DNA of 64,000 bases from Candidatus Moraniibacteriota bacterium (GCA_942490825.1 CALNYG010000004.1:116888-180887), one strand, 5' to 3'. Shown: positions 46,483 through 56,476, counted from the first letter of the stretch. The notes: generated by a model not told the origin, from the letters alone. Numbers and translations are program-made.

Positions 46483-47781
46483 CTATAGTCTATCCTTATA
46501 GTTTTTTGCCCAATACATCACATCATTTGCATAATTTACGCAAACACTTCTGGAAATATTAGATCCACAATAATATCGACGAGCTGCATCAAATTCTCCG
46601 CTCTTACTAGAAGCTCCGGAGTCTTTTAAATACTCAGCCATAGCCATAACGCCATCAGTCAAACTCCACGGATCAGCTGGAGAATGTCCCGTATACTTTT
46701 CAATTCTTGACTCATAATGTACCCATGTTGTAGGCATAAATTGAGCCACTCCCATAGCACCACCAATACCATAACTTAACGGACAAGAAACTTTCTTTTT
46801 TTTGTAATCATATCCTAAATCTTTACATATACGTTTGAATATTTTACTATTCGTGTCTCCCATTCTACTTTTTTTATATGTACAACCTCCTGTATAGCGT
46901 CCTAAATTTGTTTCTTTAACTAACATTCCTAAAATGAAACTTTTTCGAACACCTGTTTTTTTACTAGCAAATTCAGCTGCCTCTCCAATATCGCCTGCCT
47001 CAACTGATTCTCCTAATAAACTAGATAAATCTGATTCAACTTCTGCCAATTTAGTATTTAACTCAGAAATTGTAGCTTGTTTAGAAGATATTTCACTTTG
47101 AGTTTGATTTTTTTCAGAAGCTAAAGTTTGTTCCTGTTTCTGTTGAAGTAAATGTAAGTCCTTCTTTTCTTCCACAACACCTTGAACTTCCCTTTTTTTA
47201 TTCTGTGTAATTTCTTTTGTGTTATTTATTTCATTAACTAAATCCAAAACATCATCCTTTAAAACATCATAATCATCCGCTAAACCAAGGAATTTACTTT
47301 CATTTTCAGAATTAAATATTGAAATAAAAGTTGCTTCATTCTGTTGATAATTCAATCTTCTTAAAGTTGAAGCTAATGCCCTTTGATAAAGTTCTTTTTT
47401 TTGATTAAGTAATTCTAATTCTTTATTATGACGTTCAATTTCTTGCTCTCTACTTTCAATCTCGCCTTCAGTTTCTTTTATCGATTGTTGTGCTGAAACT
47501 AAAGACTGTTGCACTACATTTAAATTTTGTTGTAAATTACTCTTTTGCGCTTCAACTTTTTCAAGTTCTCCTTCAATTTCCTCTTTCTTCTCTTCAATTT
47601 TTTCTTTTTCTTTTTCAATTTTTTTCTCAACCTCTTTTAATTCTTCTTTTTCCTCTTCTGTCATCTCTTCTTTTTCCTCATTATCATCCGCCAATACAAA
47701 ATGATTTATACTAATAAAACTAATTAAAAATATTAGCGTAAAAAGTAAAGTATATTTTGTTTTTTTATTTGTTTTTTTCAT
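46483..47781 (-). CDS. secreted coiled-coil protein with a C-terminal lytic-transglycosylase-like domain
   Basis: Signal peptide, a long E/K/Q-rich coiled coil, and a C-terminal GIGGAMGVAQFMPTTW motif typical of MltB/SLT_2-type enzymes. Confidence 0.55.
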   Translation of the reverse strand: MKKTNKKTKYTLLFTLIFLISFISINHFVLADDNEEKEEMTEEEKEELKEVEKKIEKEKEKIEEKKEEIEGELEKVEAQKSNLQQNLNVVQQSLVSAQQSIKETEGEIESREQEIERHNKELELLNQKKELYQRALASTLRRLNYQQNEATFISIFNSENESKFLGLADDYDVLKDDVLDLVNEINNTKEITQNKKREVQGVVEEKKDLHLLQQKQEQTLASEKNQTQSEISSKQATISELNTKLAEVESDLSSLLGESVEAGDIGEAAEFASKKTGVRKSFILGMLVKETNLGRYTGGCTYKKSRMGDTNSKIFKRICKDLGYDYKKKKVSCPLSYGIGGAMGVAQFMPTTWVHYESRIEKYTGHSPADPWSLTDGVMAMAEYLKDSGASSKSGEFDAARRYYCGSNISRSVCVNYANDVMYWAKNYKDRL

Positions 47782-47800
47782 TCTTTTAAAAACTGGTCTA

Positions 47801-48316
47801 TTATCTAAATTTTACTTTCCATTCTCTTAACTCCTCAAAAATTTTATCATTAAAATCTTTTGGCTTATATTTAAAAATTAAATTTAAAATATTTAAACAA
47901 TGATTTGTTAATTGCTCTTTATTATTTTGAGCATAATACCACTTAAAACTATCTATTGTATCAGCAGCTTTAACTATTAGAGCATCTTGTCCATCCTTTA
48001 CACACCTTTTAATAAGCTCTTCATTTCTTTTACTTTTTTCTATTGATTTATTCTTAGTACTTGCCAAAACTAATTTAGCAACATCTCCTCCAAACTCTTC
48101 TTTTAATATTTCTACCGTTATATCTGACCATTCAATTGCATCATGCAGTAATCCTGCTAAAACAATATCTTCAGAATATCTATTTTCATGTAAATAAACG
48201 CCCACTCTAATATCATGAAATAGAATAGATTTTCTACTGTCTTTATCAGAAACTGGAAGATATTCCGAAATCAATCTTACAGCTTTTTCAAGTTTCATAA
48301 TTGAAAGCTTATTCAT
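47801..48316 (-). CDS. HD-domain phosphohydrolase (SpoT/Mesh1-like hydrolase fold)
   Basis: HDIRV...AGLLHDAIEWSD...FGGDVAKLV resembles the RelA/SpoT N-terminal HD hydrolase domain. Confidence 0.5.
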   Translation of the reverse strand: MNKLSIMKLEKAVRLISEYLPVSDKDSRKSILFHDIRVGVYLHENRYSEDIVLAGLLHDAIEWSDITVEILKEEFGGDVAKLVLASTKNKSIEKSKRNEELIKRCVKDGQDALIVKAADTIDSFKWYYAQNNKEQLTNHCLNILNLIFKYKPKDFNDKIFEELREWKVKFR

Positions 48317-48380
48317 ACCACAACAATAGTTATTTAAAAATCATTCAACTAAACTCATAATACCATACATCCGAAATACA

Positions 48381-48409
48381 AAAAAGTCGTCTTTATTCGA
48401 CGACTTTTA
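48381..48409 (-). terminator. rho-independent terminator after rplY
   Basis: AAGTCGTC-TTTATTC-GACGACTT with A/T flanks. Confidence 0.65.
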
Positions 48410-48430
48410 AGTTTTAAGTTCCAAAAAAAA

Positions 48431-49105
48431 TTATTTTTCTTCTTTTTTTCCTTCCTCACTATTTTCTTCAACAACATCCTCAGCAGCACCTTCAACTTTA
48501 GAAACATCTGCGTTAACCTCTTCATCAAGAGCTTCCATTTCAGCATTTGTTCGAGGTGGCATTACTGAAGCAATAATACTTTTTTCATCTAAAACTAACT
48601 CCACTTCACCTTTAAGTTTAATATCATTAGTGGTGATATGATCCTCAAAAGTAACTATCTTACTCAAGTCAATCTCAATTTCACTTGGTAAATCAGCTGG
48701 TAAAGCTCTAACATTAACAAAATCGAAAGATTTAACTAGAGTACCACCTAAACTTTTAACTGCAGCAGACTCCCCAACAAATACCAATGGAACTTCAGCT
48801 TCAGTAAATTCATCCATTCTAACCTGTATAAAGTCAATGTGGATTACATCATTATTAATTTTATCAACTTGATATTCATGCACTAAAACATTTAATGCCT
48901 CATCTTTGTTAATTTTTAATTCAATAACTGTGTTTTTACCTGATTCACTAAATGCTCGTATAAATTCAGCCTTTTCTACCCAAAGAACAATTGATTTCAT
49001 TCCAGTACCATAAACAACTGCTGGAATTCTATCTTCAACTACTGAACGCATTTTTCGTCCCATTTCCTCACGCTTCTCCACTTTAAGAGCTATTTTTTTA
49101 CCCAT
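48431..49105 (-). CDS. rplY: 50S ribosomal protein L25 / general stress protein Ctc
   Basis: IPAVVYG, two-domain Ctc form with an acidic tail. Confidence 0.88.
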   Translation of the reverse strand: MGKKIALKVEKREEMGRKMRSVVEDRIPAVVYGTGMKSIVLWVEKAEFIRAFSESGKNTVIELKINKDEALNVLVHEYQVDKINNDVIHIDFIQVRMDEFTEAEVPLVFVGESAAVKSLGGTLVKSFDFVNVRALPADLPSEIEIDLSKIVTFEDHITTNDIKLKGEVELVLDEKSIIASVMPPRTNAEMEALDEEVNADVSKVEGAAEDVVEENSEEGKKEEK

Positions 49106-49122
49106 AGTATTTTAAATTATAA

Positions 49123-49458
49123 TTAATTACTTTTCTTGCAGACATCACTAGTACATCCGCTAAAATTATTTAAATATTCATGAACCTCGATAACATCATC
49201 ATCCGATATAGACATAGCTCCAAAGAAATTTTTAGCTTCTCGAGCATTGACATCAGCTAAAACACCCATAGTTATAATACCCATTTCATTTTGAGTAATA
49301 AAAAATACTATAGATGCTAAACATTTTTCACACGATACATAAATAGCTGTACGATCCTTATCTTTACCAACTGGCTCACAACTCAAACTATCCTGTTTTG
49401 ATCCACATACAGGACATTTTTGTGGTATTATTCGGTCATATTCACGTGAAATATTCAT
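49123..49458 (-). CDS. hypothetical zinc-ribbon protein
   Basis: CPVCGS...CEKC; 111 aa. Confidence 0.4.
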   Translation of the reverse strand: MNISREYDRIIPQKCPVCGSKQDSLSCEPVGKDKDRTAIYVSCEKCLASIVFFITQNEMGIITMGVLADVNAREAKNFFGAMSISDDDVIEVHEYLNNFSGCTSDVCKKSN

Positions 49459-49513
49459 AGAGTTATATTAATATATTTACAGAAAAAAAGCAAATTAAGA
49501 AAATAGATCTAAT

Positions 49514-49930
49514 TTAAAAATTCTGTTTATTTTTATTAATTTTAGACTTAAGTATTTCTAATATTTTCTCTTTATTAAAAGAATAAATTCTAATATCTGG
49601 AATTTTATTTTTACTATGCTTGATTCGAATATATTTATTAAAATCGACATATCTTTCAATAGCAACATATTCTATATCTTCATAATTTAAAATAATCTCT
49701 TTTTGAAAATATCTAATCACTATAAAATCATCATATATAGATAATCTAGCCATGAATGGGGGTATAACTGCGGAATTAAATAGACCTGCACACCGCTCTT
49801 TATATAAAACCTCTTTATTTCTTTCAAGCTCTAAGATTTTATTAGTCTTTTTAAAATAAAAAATAATTATAAAAACAGCCACAAACCAAAGAGCCTTAAG
49901 ATCTACAATCAAGAAAACAATAACATCCAT
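49514..49930 (-). CDS. hypothetical membrane-anchored protein
   Basis: N-terminal TM helix followed by a soluble domain. No recognisable motif. Confidence 0.35.
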   Translation of the reverse strand: MDVIVFLIVDLKALWFVAVFIIIFYFKKTNKILELERNKEVLYKERCAGLFNSAVIPPFMARLSIYDDFIVIRYFQKEIILNYEDIEYVAIERYVDFNKYIRIKHSKNKIPDIRIYSFNKEKILEILKSKINKNKQNF

Positions 49931-49962
49931 ATATGTTTTTCTTATTTAAGCTAATTAAAAAA

Positions 49963-51048
49963 TTAACCCTCCAACTTCCTCAACTCCTCAATCAATCTTT
50001 TCTCTTTTCCAGAAAGCTTAGTCGGAACATCAACAATCACTTTAACCAAATGATCACCTCGCCCAAAACCACGCAACTTCGGCACACCTTTAGAACGAAT
50101 ACGATAAGTTTCACCCGATTGAGTCCCAGCTGGAACTTTCATTTTTACAGAGCCCTCAACAGTTTCCACATCAATCTTATCTCCCAAAGCCGCCTGAGCA
50201 AAACTCACATGAACTGTACTACTAATATCATCACCATTCCGTTCAAAACGATCATCCCGAACAACAGAAATAGTCACCAACAAATCGCCTGCAGGAGCAC
50301 CATTCTCACCAGCTTCACCCTTACCGCTCATCGCCAATGTTTGACCAGCATTAATCCCAGCTGGAACTTCCACTTTTTCAATAATTTCTTCTTTATGCCG
50401 ACCATCACCGCCACACTGACTACATTTTTTATCAAAACTTCTACCTTTACCTTTACAATCATTACAAACAACATTCTGTGCAAAATTCCCCAACATAGTT
50501 CGCATCATTTTCTGAATTTTTCCACTTCCCTTGCAAGTCTTACAGGTCTCTTCTTTACTTCCAGGTTCACCACCATTACCACCACATTTTTTACAACTAA
50601 TCGATTTATATAATTTAATTTCTTTTTGAACACCTGAAATCATCTCTGCAAAAGTAATCTCCATTTCAACTTGAATATCTCGTCCTCGAGATTGTCCTCC
50701 GCCACGTCCACCACCAAAAATATCCGAAAAAATATCACCAAATCCCTCGCCACCACCAAAATTAAATTCAAAACCACCATCTTGACCTCTAAATTGATTA
50801 GGATCAAAACCACCACTTTGTTGACCACCGCCAGCACCATTGAAAGTTTGTCCAAACTGATCATACTGAGACTTCTTCTGCTTGTCTGACAAAACCTGGT
50901 AAGCCGAATTAATTTCTTTAAATTTAGCTTCATCACCACCCTTTTTATCCGGGTGATACTTATGAGCCAATTTTCGATAAGCTTTCTTAATTTCATCTTC
51001 AGAAGCGCCTTTATCAACTCCTAAAATTTTATAATAATCTTCTGCCAT
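49963..51048 (-). CDS. dnaJ: molecular chaperone DnaJ
   Basis: J domain (DYYKILGV...KYHPDK), G/F-rich linker and four CxxCxGxG zinc-finger repeats. Confidence 0.95.
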   Translation of the reverse strand: MAEDYYKILGVDKGASEDEIKKAYRKLAHKYHPDKKGGDEAKFKEINSAYQVLSDKQKKSQYDQFGQTFNGAGGGQQSGGFDPNQFRGQDGGFEFNFGGGEGFGDIFSDIFGGGRGGGQSRGRDIQVEMEITFAEMISGVQKEIKLYKSISCKKCGGNGGEPGSKEETCKTCKGSGKIQKMMRTMLGNFAQNVVCNDCKGKGRSFDKKCSQCGGDGRHKEEIIEKVEVPAGINAGQTLAMSGKGEAGENGAPAGDLLVTISVVRDDRFERNGDDISSTVHVSFAQAALGDKIDVETVEGSVKMKVPAGTQSGETYRIRSKGVPKLRGFGRGDHLVKVIVDVPTKLSGKEKRLIEELRKLEG

Positions 51049-51076
51049 TTTGTTTATTTTAAAGTTTAAAAAATAT

Positions 51077-51201
51077 AAAGTGCTCGCCGCACGGGCTTTT
51101 TAGATTTTATTTTTTCTAAAAGTTTTCTGTCATTCTGAACGCATTTATTTTTTATTTAAAAAATAAAGGAGTGAAGAATCCCCCAAAGAAAATCATAAAA
51201 C
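51077..51201 (+). repeat. composite repeat with GC-box copy 6 and a GTCATTCTGAACG hairpin module
   Basis: AAAGTGCTCGCCGCACGGGCTTTTT ... CTGTCATTCTGAACG ... GAGTGAAGAATCCCCCAAAGAAAATCATAAAAC. It is colinear with 40618-40780 but lacks both palindromic inserts. It sits between CIRCE and the dnaJ start. Confidence 0.9.
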
Positions 51202-51253
51202 CGTTAATTTTAACTCTTAAAGTTTAATACCAATTTATCATAAAATAAAAAAA

Positions 51254-51280
51254 TTAGCAATCACTTGACTTGAGTGCTAA
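51254..51280. promoter_or_regulatory. CIRCE element (HrcA operator)
   Basis: TTAGCAATC-N9-GAGTGCTAA versus the consensus TTAGCACTC-N9-GAGTGCTAA, about 206 nt upstream of the dnaJ ATG. Confidence 0.8.
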
Positions 51281-51351
51281 TTTTAATTTAAAAGACTATT
51301 TAAAAAATCCTATATTCTACTACTCTCAGTATTATAAAATACCAATCAAAA

Positions 51352-52737
51352 TTAAACCGAACTCTGTGAAATAATCATTTCCGTTTCACGTTTAACCTTC
51401 GTCACTTTTATAAAATTAATCTTTCGCAAGATCCAAAATAATCCAACTACTAGCAAAACTATAAATGGTCGCAAAATTGCTTTTAAAGTCAAAGCAGATA
51501 CAAAAAGCAAAATAGTCAAAAACAACGCTAAATAAGAAACCCTTCCTTCTTCCTCTGTATCACCATTTTTATTTTTACTAAACCAACCTGCTATCTTCTC
51601 ATACATCATGTCATCAAAAACATCCGCAATATATTCTTCACCACTTAATTCTCGCCCTAACTGCTTAGATAAATTTTTTCTCATCGTCTCCACTACAATT
51701 TCATCAACTTTTTCACTACCTGCCATTTTAACATCCTCAACCTTACTACCAACACTTTCTACAACTTTATCTTTGTCGATTCCAATATTACTCAAAAAAC
51801 CACCAAACATACTTTTATCCTCTTGAGATTCATTTTCATCAACTACATTTATCAACTGCTCGTTCTCAATTAAATTTTGATCTCCCTCGCCCTTAACACT
51901 CATCAACAAAAATTCATCCACTGTAATTTTACTAGATCCTTCACCTTCCGCATTTTTTGTCTTAACAAATTTTCCTAAAATATTCCCTGAAATGCTAACT
52001 TTATCAAATCTAGGCATCAAATCCAAAACACCACGATCATGTACCATCCAATAATATTGACTACACATTACAAAAATAACAGAAAAAATAATTCCACTAA
52101 TTCCCAAACGTACCAAATTTCCTACATTAATCTTTGCGCTGTCTAAAAGTGCTTTACGCATTTGATGAACTGTCCAATAAGTTATCAAAAAACTCAAAAT
52201 AATAACTAAACCATGCCAAATCTGTAATGCAAAAAATAAACTAATTGCAAAAGAAGCAAAAATAGTCCCTAAAAGCATCTCTTTAATATGTACAGTAATT
52301 GAATAAATCAAAAGAAGAACTATAAAAAAGGAAATGCTTAAAATTGGCAATAACCAAGACTGAATTCCCTCAAGATCGCCATTGACAGTCTGACGAAAAA
52401 GAAAGAAAAAACTACTCGCACTAATCAAAAGTAAAACTGACATTATAATATCGTAAAAGTAAGCCTGAAAATCTCTTTGTGGCGGAAAATAACCAGCTGC
52501 ATCTAGATCAGTTGCCATGCTAGATTTTTGCCTAATATGTTTTCCTCCACTACTCTTTAAATTAAGTAACGGACTACTCTTAATTTTTTTATTAAATTTT
52601 TTATCTTTTTTCTTTGAAGATTTATTCTTTTCTTTTTTCTTATCACTTTTAACATTATCTTCATCAGCTACAGAAGCTTTAAGATCGCTCTTCTCTTTTT
52701 TCTTATCAGACCTAAAATCTAATTCGTTAAAATTCAT
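51352..52737 (-). CDS. hypothetical polytopic membrane protein with a Lys-rich N-terminus
   Basis: Long ORF with several hydrophobic helices. I prefer the ATG at 52737. Confidence 0.45.
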   Translation of the reverse strand: MNFNELDFRSDKKKEKSDLKASVADEDNVKSDKKKEKNKSSKKKDKKFNKKIKSSPLLNLKSSGGKHIRQKSSMATDLDAAGYFPPQRDFQAYFYDIIMSVLLLISASSFFFLFRQTVNGDLEGIQSWLLPILSISFFIVLLLIYSITVHIKEMLLGTIFASFAISLFFALQIWHGLVIILSFLITYWTVHQMRKALLDSAKINVGNLVRLGISGIIFSVIFVMCSQYYWMVHDRGVLDLMPRFDKVSISGNILGKFVKTKNAEGEGSSKITVDEFLLMSVKGEGDQNLIENEQLINVVDENESQEDKSMFGGFLSNIGIDKDKVVESVGSKVEDVKMAGSEKVDEIVVETMRKNLSKQLGRELSGEEYIADVFDDMMYEKIAGWFSKNKNGDTEEEGRVSYLALFLTILLFVSALTLKAILRPFIVLLVVGLFWILRKINFIKVTKVKRETEMIISQSSV

Positions 52738-52845
52738 ATTTATTTTTGTTAAACTATTTTGAAATAATTGATTACACCAAAAAATCAACCAAATTTAAAA
52801 GACTTTTATTTAATAATTTTATTTTAACATGGGAACTAAATACTT

Positions 52846-52872
52846 AAAAGGCACGGTGATCGTGCCTTTTTT
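52846..52872 (-). terminator. rho-independent terminator after the small basic ORF
   Basis: AAAAGGCACG-GTGAT-CGTGCCTTTT. Confidence 0.65.
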
Positions 52873-52876
52873 AAAT

Positions 52877-53008
52877 CTATCTATTTCCAGCTCTTCTTGC
52901 AGTAAATTTATTAACTCGTGATGCACTAACTTTATTTCCTTTAGGAGCAGGATTTTTAAAACCTTGAGGTGCAGCATTTTTCTTTGCACCACTTTTTTTC
53001 TTCTTCAT
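52877..53008 (-). CDS. small basic protein (43 aa), below the ORF-track length cutoff
   Basis: Translates as MKKKKSGAKKNAAPQGFKNPAPKGNKVSASRVNKFTARRAGNR. It has an ATG start and a TAG stop, and its own terminator follows immediately. Confidence 0.4.
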   Translation of the reverse strand: MKKKKSGAKKNAAPQGFKNPAPKGNKVSASRVNKFTARRAGNR

Positions 53009-53074
53009 AATAAATTCTATTATTAAAAAATTAATTCCATTATTATTACTTTAAAAATATTTTCAAAACTTAAA

Positions 53075-53374
53075 TTAATCAATTCTAGTCATTACACCAT
53101 CAACCTTTTTATAAACTCTATCCTTATTTTTTTCAATTTTATTTAAAATTTCTTTTTCTAAATCCACATCCAGAATTTCTGCGATTCCCAATAAATATAT
53201 AGCAACATCGGCCAATTCTTCTCCTAAATCTGGCAGTTTTTTATCATAAGATCTATATGCTTCAGATAATTCTTCGCTCGTTAAACAAAATTCTCTAGCG
53301 ATATTCTTTACATCAAAACCTTTTTCGATCTTATTTTGGTAAATTTGTTCTTGTATTTTCTTTAAATCAATCAT
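53075..53374 (-). CDS. MazG-like all-alpha nucleotide pyrophosphohydrolase (small form)
   Basis: SEELSEAYRS...LGEELADVAIYLLGIAE; 99 aa. Confidence 0.65.
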   Translation of the reverse strand: MIDLKKIQEQIYQNKIEKGFDVKNIAREFCLTSEELSEAYRSYDKKLPDLGEELADVAIYLLGIAEILDVDLEKEILNKIEKNKDRVYKKVDGVMTRID

Positions 53375-53392
53375 AATTATTATTTTAAAAAC

Positions 53393-54148
53393 TTAATTCA
53401 ACATCTGAACCAATCTTGCAAAAGTCTCAGGATTCAAACTAGCACCACCAATCAAAACTCCTTGCACATACGCATTATGACAAATATCCGTAACATTTTC
53501 TGAATTAACACTACCACCATAAAGAATTCTGGTTTGACTAGAAAGTTCTTGACTATAAATTCTAGAAATCACATTCCGAATAAAAATAACCACTGTATGA
53601 ATTTCCTCTATCTTTGGTATTTTCCCACTACCAATCGCCCAGACTGGTTCATACGCAAAAACAACTTTACTAAATTCCTCTGAATCTAAATTTTCCGCAA
53701 TTAAATTTACTTGATTTTTAATGTTTTCCATTTCATCTTCACCATCTGCAACATAACCAACGCAAACAATCGGAATCAATCCAGTTCTCAAAGCCATTAA
53801 AGTTTTTTTCATCACAATGTCATTATTCTCTGAATTGTATTCACGTCTTTCGCTATGACCTAAAATTACATACTTTCCACCCAATGAAGAAACTGTTTTT
53901 GGTGAAATATTACCCGTATAACTACCATGTAATTCCCAAAAACAATCTTGTGCACCAAATTCAACTGGAAGTTTTCCAATTACATTAACAAAATGATCTA
54001 AATGTGCAATCGGTGGACAAAAAACGATTTTATTTTTACTTTCTTTACTTAATTTTTTAAAAAACTCATAAGACTGCAGGCAATATTCATCACGTTGTGA
54101 TTTGGTTTCTAAGTTCATTTTCAAATTCCCGACAATTAATTTGTTCAT
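53393..54148 (-). CDS. tpiA: triosephosphate isomerase
   Basis: GNLKMN, ILGHSERR, YEPVWAIGSG and GGASL. Confidence 0.93.
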   Translation of the reverse strand: MNKLIVGNLKMNLETKSQRDEYCLQSYEFFKKLSKESKNKIVFCPPIAHLDHFVNVIGKLPVEFGAQDCFWELHGSYTGNISPKTVSSLGGKYVILGHSERREYNSENNDIVMKKTLMALRTGLIPIVCVGYVADGEDEMENIKNQVNLIAENLDSEEFSKVVFAYEPVWAIGSGKIPKIEEIHTVVIFIRNVISRIYSQELSSQTRILYGGSVNSENVTDICHNAYVQGVLIGGASLNPETFARLVQMLN

Positions 54149-54651
54149 ATAAAAAGATTAGAAAATAATGATGATGCAAATATAGACAATAAAACCAGTA
54201 TAATTCCTGAAATAACTGAGCCAATTGCTAAAAGTGGAATCGCCTTTTTGAAAGGAATATCGAAAATACTAGCCGCCACTGCTCCAGTTACAATCCCTGT
54301 AAATGGCAACGGAATTGCCACAAAAGCTATCAAAGCGAAAGCTCCCCACTTTTCAAATTTATCAATATTTTTTGTTTGAATTCGGTGAATATATTTTTTC
54401 CAAATTTTATTTAACCATTCAATTTTCTTTAGGAAAAAATCGAATATATTATCTACAAAAACAAACGTTAAAATCCCCACTAAAACATTACCTAAAATTG
54501 AGTAGATAAAGGCTGCAAATGGATTCATTTCATATCCTATGATTGCTACAGGAATTGAAGCTCTTATTTCTGTAATTGGTATCATTGCGAGTAGGAATGT
54601 TGCCCACTCATGCGACAAATTTGAAACTGATTCTATAATTATTTCTTTCAT
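54145..54651 (-). CDS. small multidrug-export-like membrane protein (COG2426/Sm_multidrug_ex family)
   Basis: LAMIPITEIRASIPVAI pattern with 4-5 helices. It overlaps tpiA by 4 nt. Confidence 0.45.
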   Translation of the reverse strand: MKEIIIESVSNLSHEWATFLLAMIPITEIRASIPVAIIGYEMNPFAAFIYSILGNVLVGILTFVFVDNIFDFFLKKIEWLNKIWKKYIHRIQTKNIDKFEKWGAFALIAFVAIPLPFTGIVTGAVAASIFDIPFKKAIPLLAIGSVISGIILVLLSIFASSLFSNLFI

Positions 54652-54667
54652 TTATTTATTTAAAAAA

Positions 54668-55102
54668 TTAAAATCCAAAATCACTATAAAAGCTATCTTT
54701 ACGTATATTTTCAAGAGCCTGTTTAATAAAAGGAATTGTATTTTCTGGCAAGTCATCCAAATCAAACCAACTAACATCATCACACTTATTAGACTCTGCA
54801 ACTTTCGGTTCGCCTTTCCATTTTTTTGCCATAAAAAATACATCGATTCTATTACCATTTTGTTGTCTATGTAAAACATGTACTGCATCAAGACTATCTG
54901 AACATAAATCAATATCAACCTCTTCTTTAGCTTCCCTAATCATTGCATCTTTGTACGCCTCACCATCATCAACATGACCGCCGACCAAACTATAATTTCC
55001 ATCTTCATAACCAGTATTGTATCTTCGCAATAAAAGAATTTTATTATCTTTAACTAAGACAAGATAAATTCCTGGAGTTATTTTTAATCTCTCTTTAGAC
55101 AT
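54668..55102 (-). CDS. Nudix hydrolase (paralog A1)
   Basis: Canonical Nudix box GGHVDDGEAYKDAMIREAKEEVDI. About 85% aa identity to the ORF at 61372-61806. Confidence 0.88.
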   Translation of the reverse strand: MSKERLKITPGIYLVLVKDNKILLLRRYNTGYEDGNYSLVGGHVDDGEAYKDAMIREAKEEVDIDLCSDSLDAVHVLHRQQNGNRIDVFFMAKKWKGEPKVAESNKCDDVSWFDLDDLPENTIPFIKQALENIRKDSFYSDFGF

Positions 55103-55156
55103 ATTTTTAAATTTTATATTTTTTAAATAATTCTTTCATAAATCTTAAACAAAACC

Positions 55157-56182
55157 CTACAAACTATCCCTCAAAAACTTTGCTGCATCTTCTGGAGAAA
55201 TTGGCACAACCTCAATATCCGTCGCAAACTCAAACCCAGCATAAAGATGAGTCCTCGGAAAAATATCAATATGATAACTATAATGCTGATATGCATTACC
55301 ATCACACGGAGCCGTATGTATGTAATAATTAAAATCTGGATCCTCCAAACCATTATACAACGATCGCAAAGAGACCGATAAAATTTCCGCTAAAGATAAT
55401 TCCATCTCTTCATTAATTCTCTCAAAGTACGGCTGAGACTTTTTTGGTAAAATTCTAATTTGAAAAGCACGATCAGAAGCAAATGGACAATATGCTATAA
55501 AATTCTCATTCTCATAAACTACTCGCTCACCCTTTTTCAATTCATGTTCCACAATTAATTCAAACAAATTTCGCTTATTGCTTTTATAAAACCTCTCACT
55601 TGCTTCAATTTCTTTCATAACCGCTGGCGTAGTAACTGGCAGTGCGATAATTTGAGAATGCGGATGAATTACAGAAGCTCCCGCCTTTCTTCCATGATTA
55701 TGAAAAATTGTAATGCTTTTAATGTCCTTCTTTCTCATCAAAGAAATATAACGCTCACGATAAGCATCAATCACTTCTGCTAATTCATAAATATCCAATA
55801 GTGCAAAAGTTTTTTTTCCATCTCGAGTAACAACTATTTCATGATTTCCAACAGCAGTCAAAGCCGGGTAAAAATTTTCCGAAATATCTTTCAATTTTTC
55901 ATCATTCTTAACAACTGGAAATTTATTTGGAAAAACTCGGGTTGTCCATTCTCCGTCATCATCAGAATAAATTAAAGTATCTTTTTCTTGTCCGCTTTTT
56001 TCAGGATCGTAAAAAACATCTGTTTCCTTATCATACTCAACTTTTTCCTCTTCTGATTTAAATTGATCTGGTCGCTTTTTTCTATTTTTAGCGATTATCA
56101 CCCATTCATTTCTGAGAATATTATATCTGAGCTCAGATTGTCCTGAATCTATTTTCTTATGTTTTAATTTTATTTCTTTCAT
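55157..56182 (-). CDS. GalT-family (HIT branch) hexose-1-phosphate nucleotidyltransferase
   Basis: Active-site HPHSQI (HxHxQ); 341 aa with a two-lobed HIT-like organisation. Confidence 0.7.
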   Translation of the reverse strand: MKEIKLKHKKIDSGQSELRYNILRNEWVIIAKNRKKRPDQFKSEEEKVEYDKETDVFYDPEKSGQEKDTLIYSDDDGEWTTRVFPNKFPVVKNDEKLKDISENFYPALTAVGNHEIVVTRDGKKTFALLDIYELAEVIDAYRERYISLMRKKDIKSITIFHNHGRKAGASVIHPHSQIIALPVTTPAVMKEIEASERFYKSNKRNLFELIVEHELKKGERVVYENENFIAYCPFASDRAFQIRILPKKSQPYFERINEEMELSLAEILSVSLRSLYNGLEDPDFNYYIHTAPCDGNAYQHYSYHIDIFPRTHLYAGFEFATDIEVVPISPEDAAKFLRDSL

Positions 56183-56205
56183 TTTTTTGTTTTTATTTTT
56201 TGTTT

Positions 56206-56472
56206 TTATAAATATTCTTCAGGAATATTTTTTAACTGTTCTTCTAAATTCCAATTATCTGGCTTTTCTTTGGAATGAAACCATTTTGCTCCTGAATTCA
56301 GCCATTTTTGTCTAAATTTTTTAGTACTACTCACTTGATAATCCTCATATCCAAATTCAACGCCACAACACTCACAAATATCATAAGAAGGCATCTTACC
56401 ATCTTCGCCCCAAGGAAATAATTTATGATATAATCCACAAACCTTACAAAAATTTAATTCTTCTTTTTTCAT
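56206..56472 (-). CDS. hypothetical Cys-rich zinc-binding protein
   Basis: CKVCG...CECCG. I prefer the ATG at 56472, which avoids overlap with the upstream GT2 gene. Confidence 0.4.
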   Translation of the reverse strand: MKKEELNFCKVCGLYHKLFPWGEDGKMPSYDICECCGVEFGYEDYQVSSTKKFRQKWLNSGAKWFHSKEKPDNWNLEEQLKNIPEEYL

Positions 56473-56476
56473 AAAT

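Noticed and set aside
49933-50613. 226-aa plus-strand ORF overlapping dnaJ
   Set aside because: It is antisense to dnaJ. It has a repetitive T/F/S-rich translation and no start context, so it is a shadow ORF.
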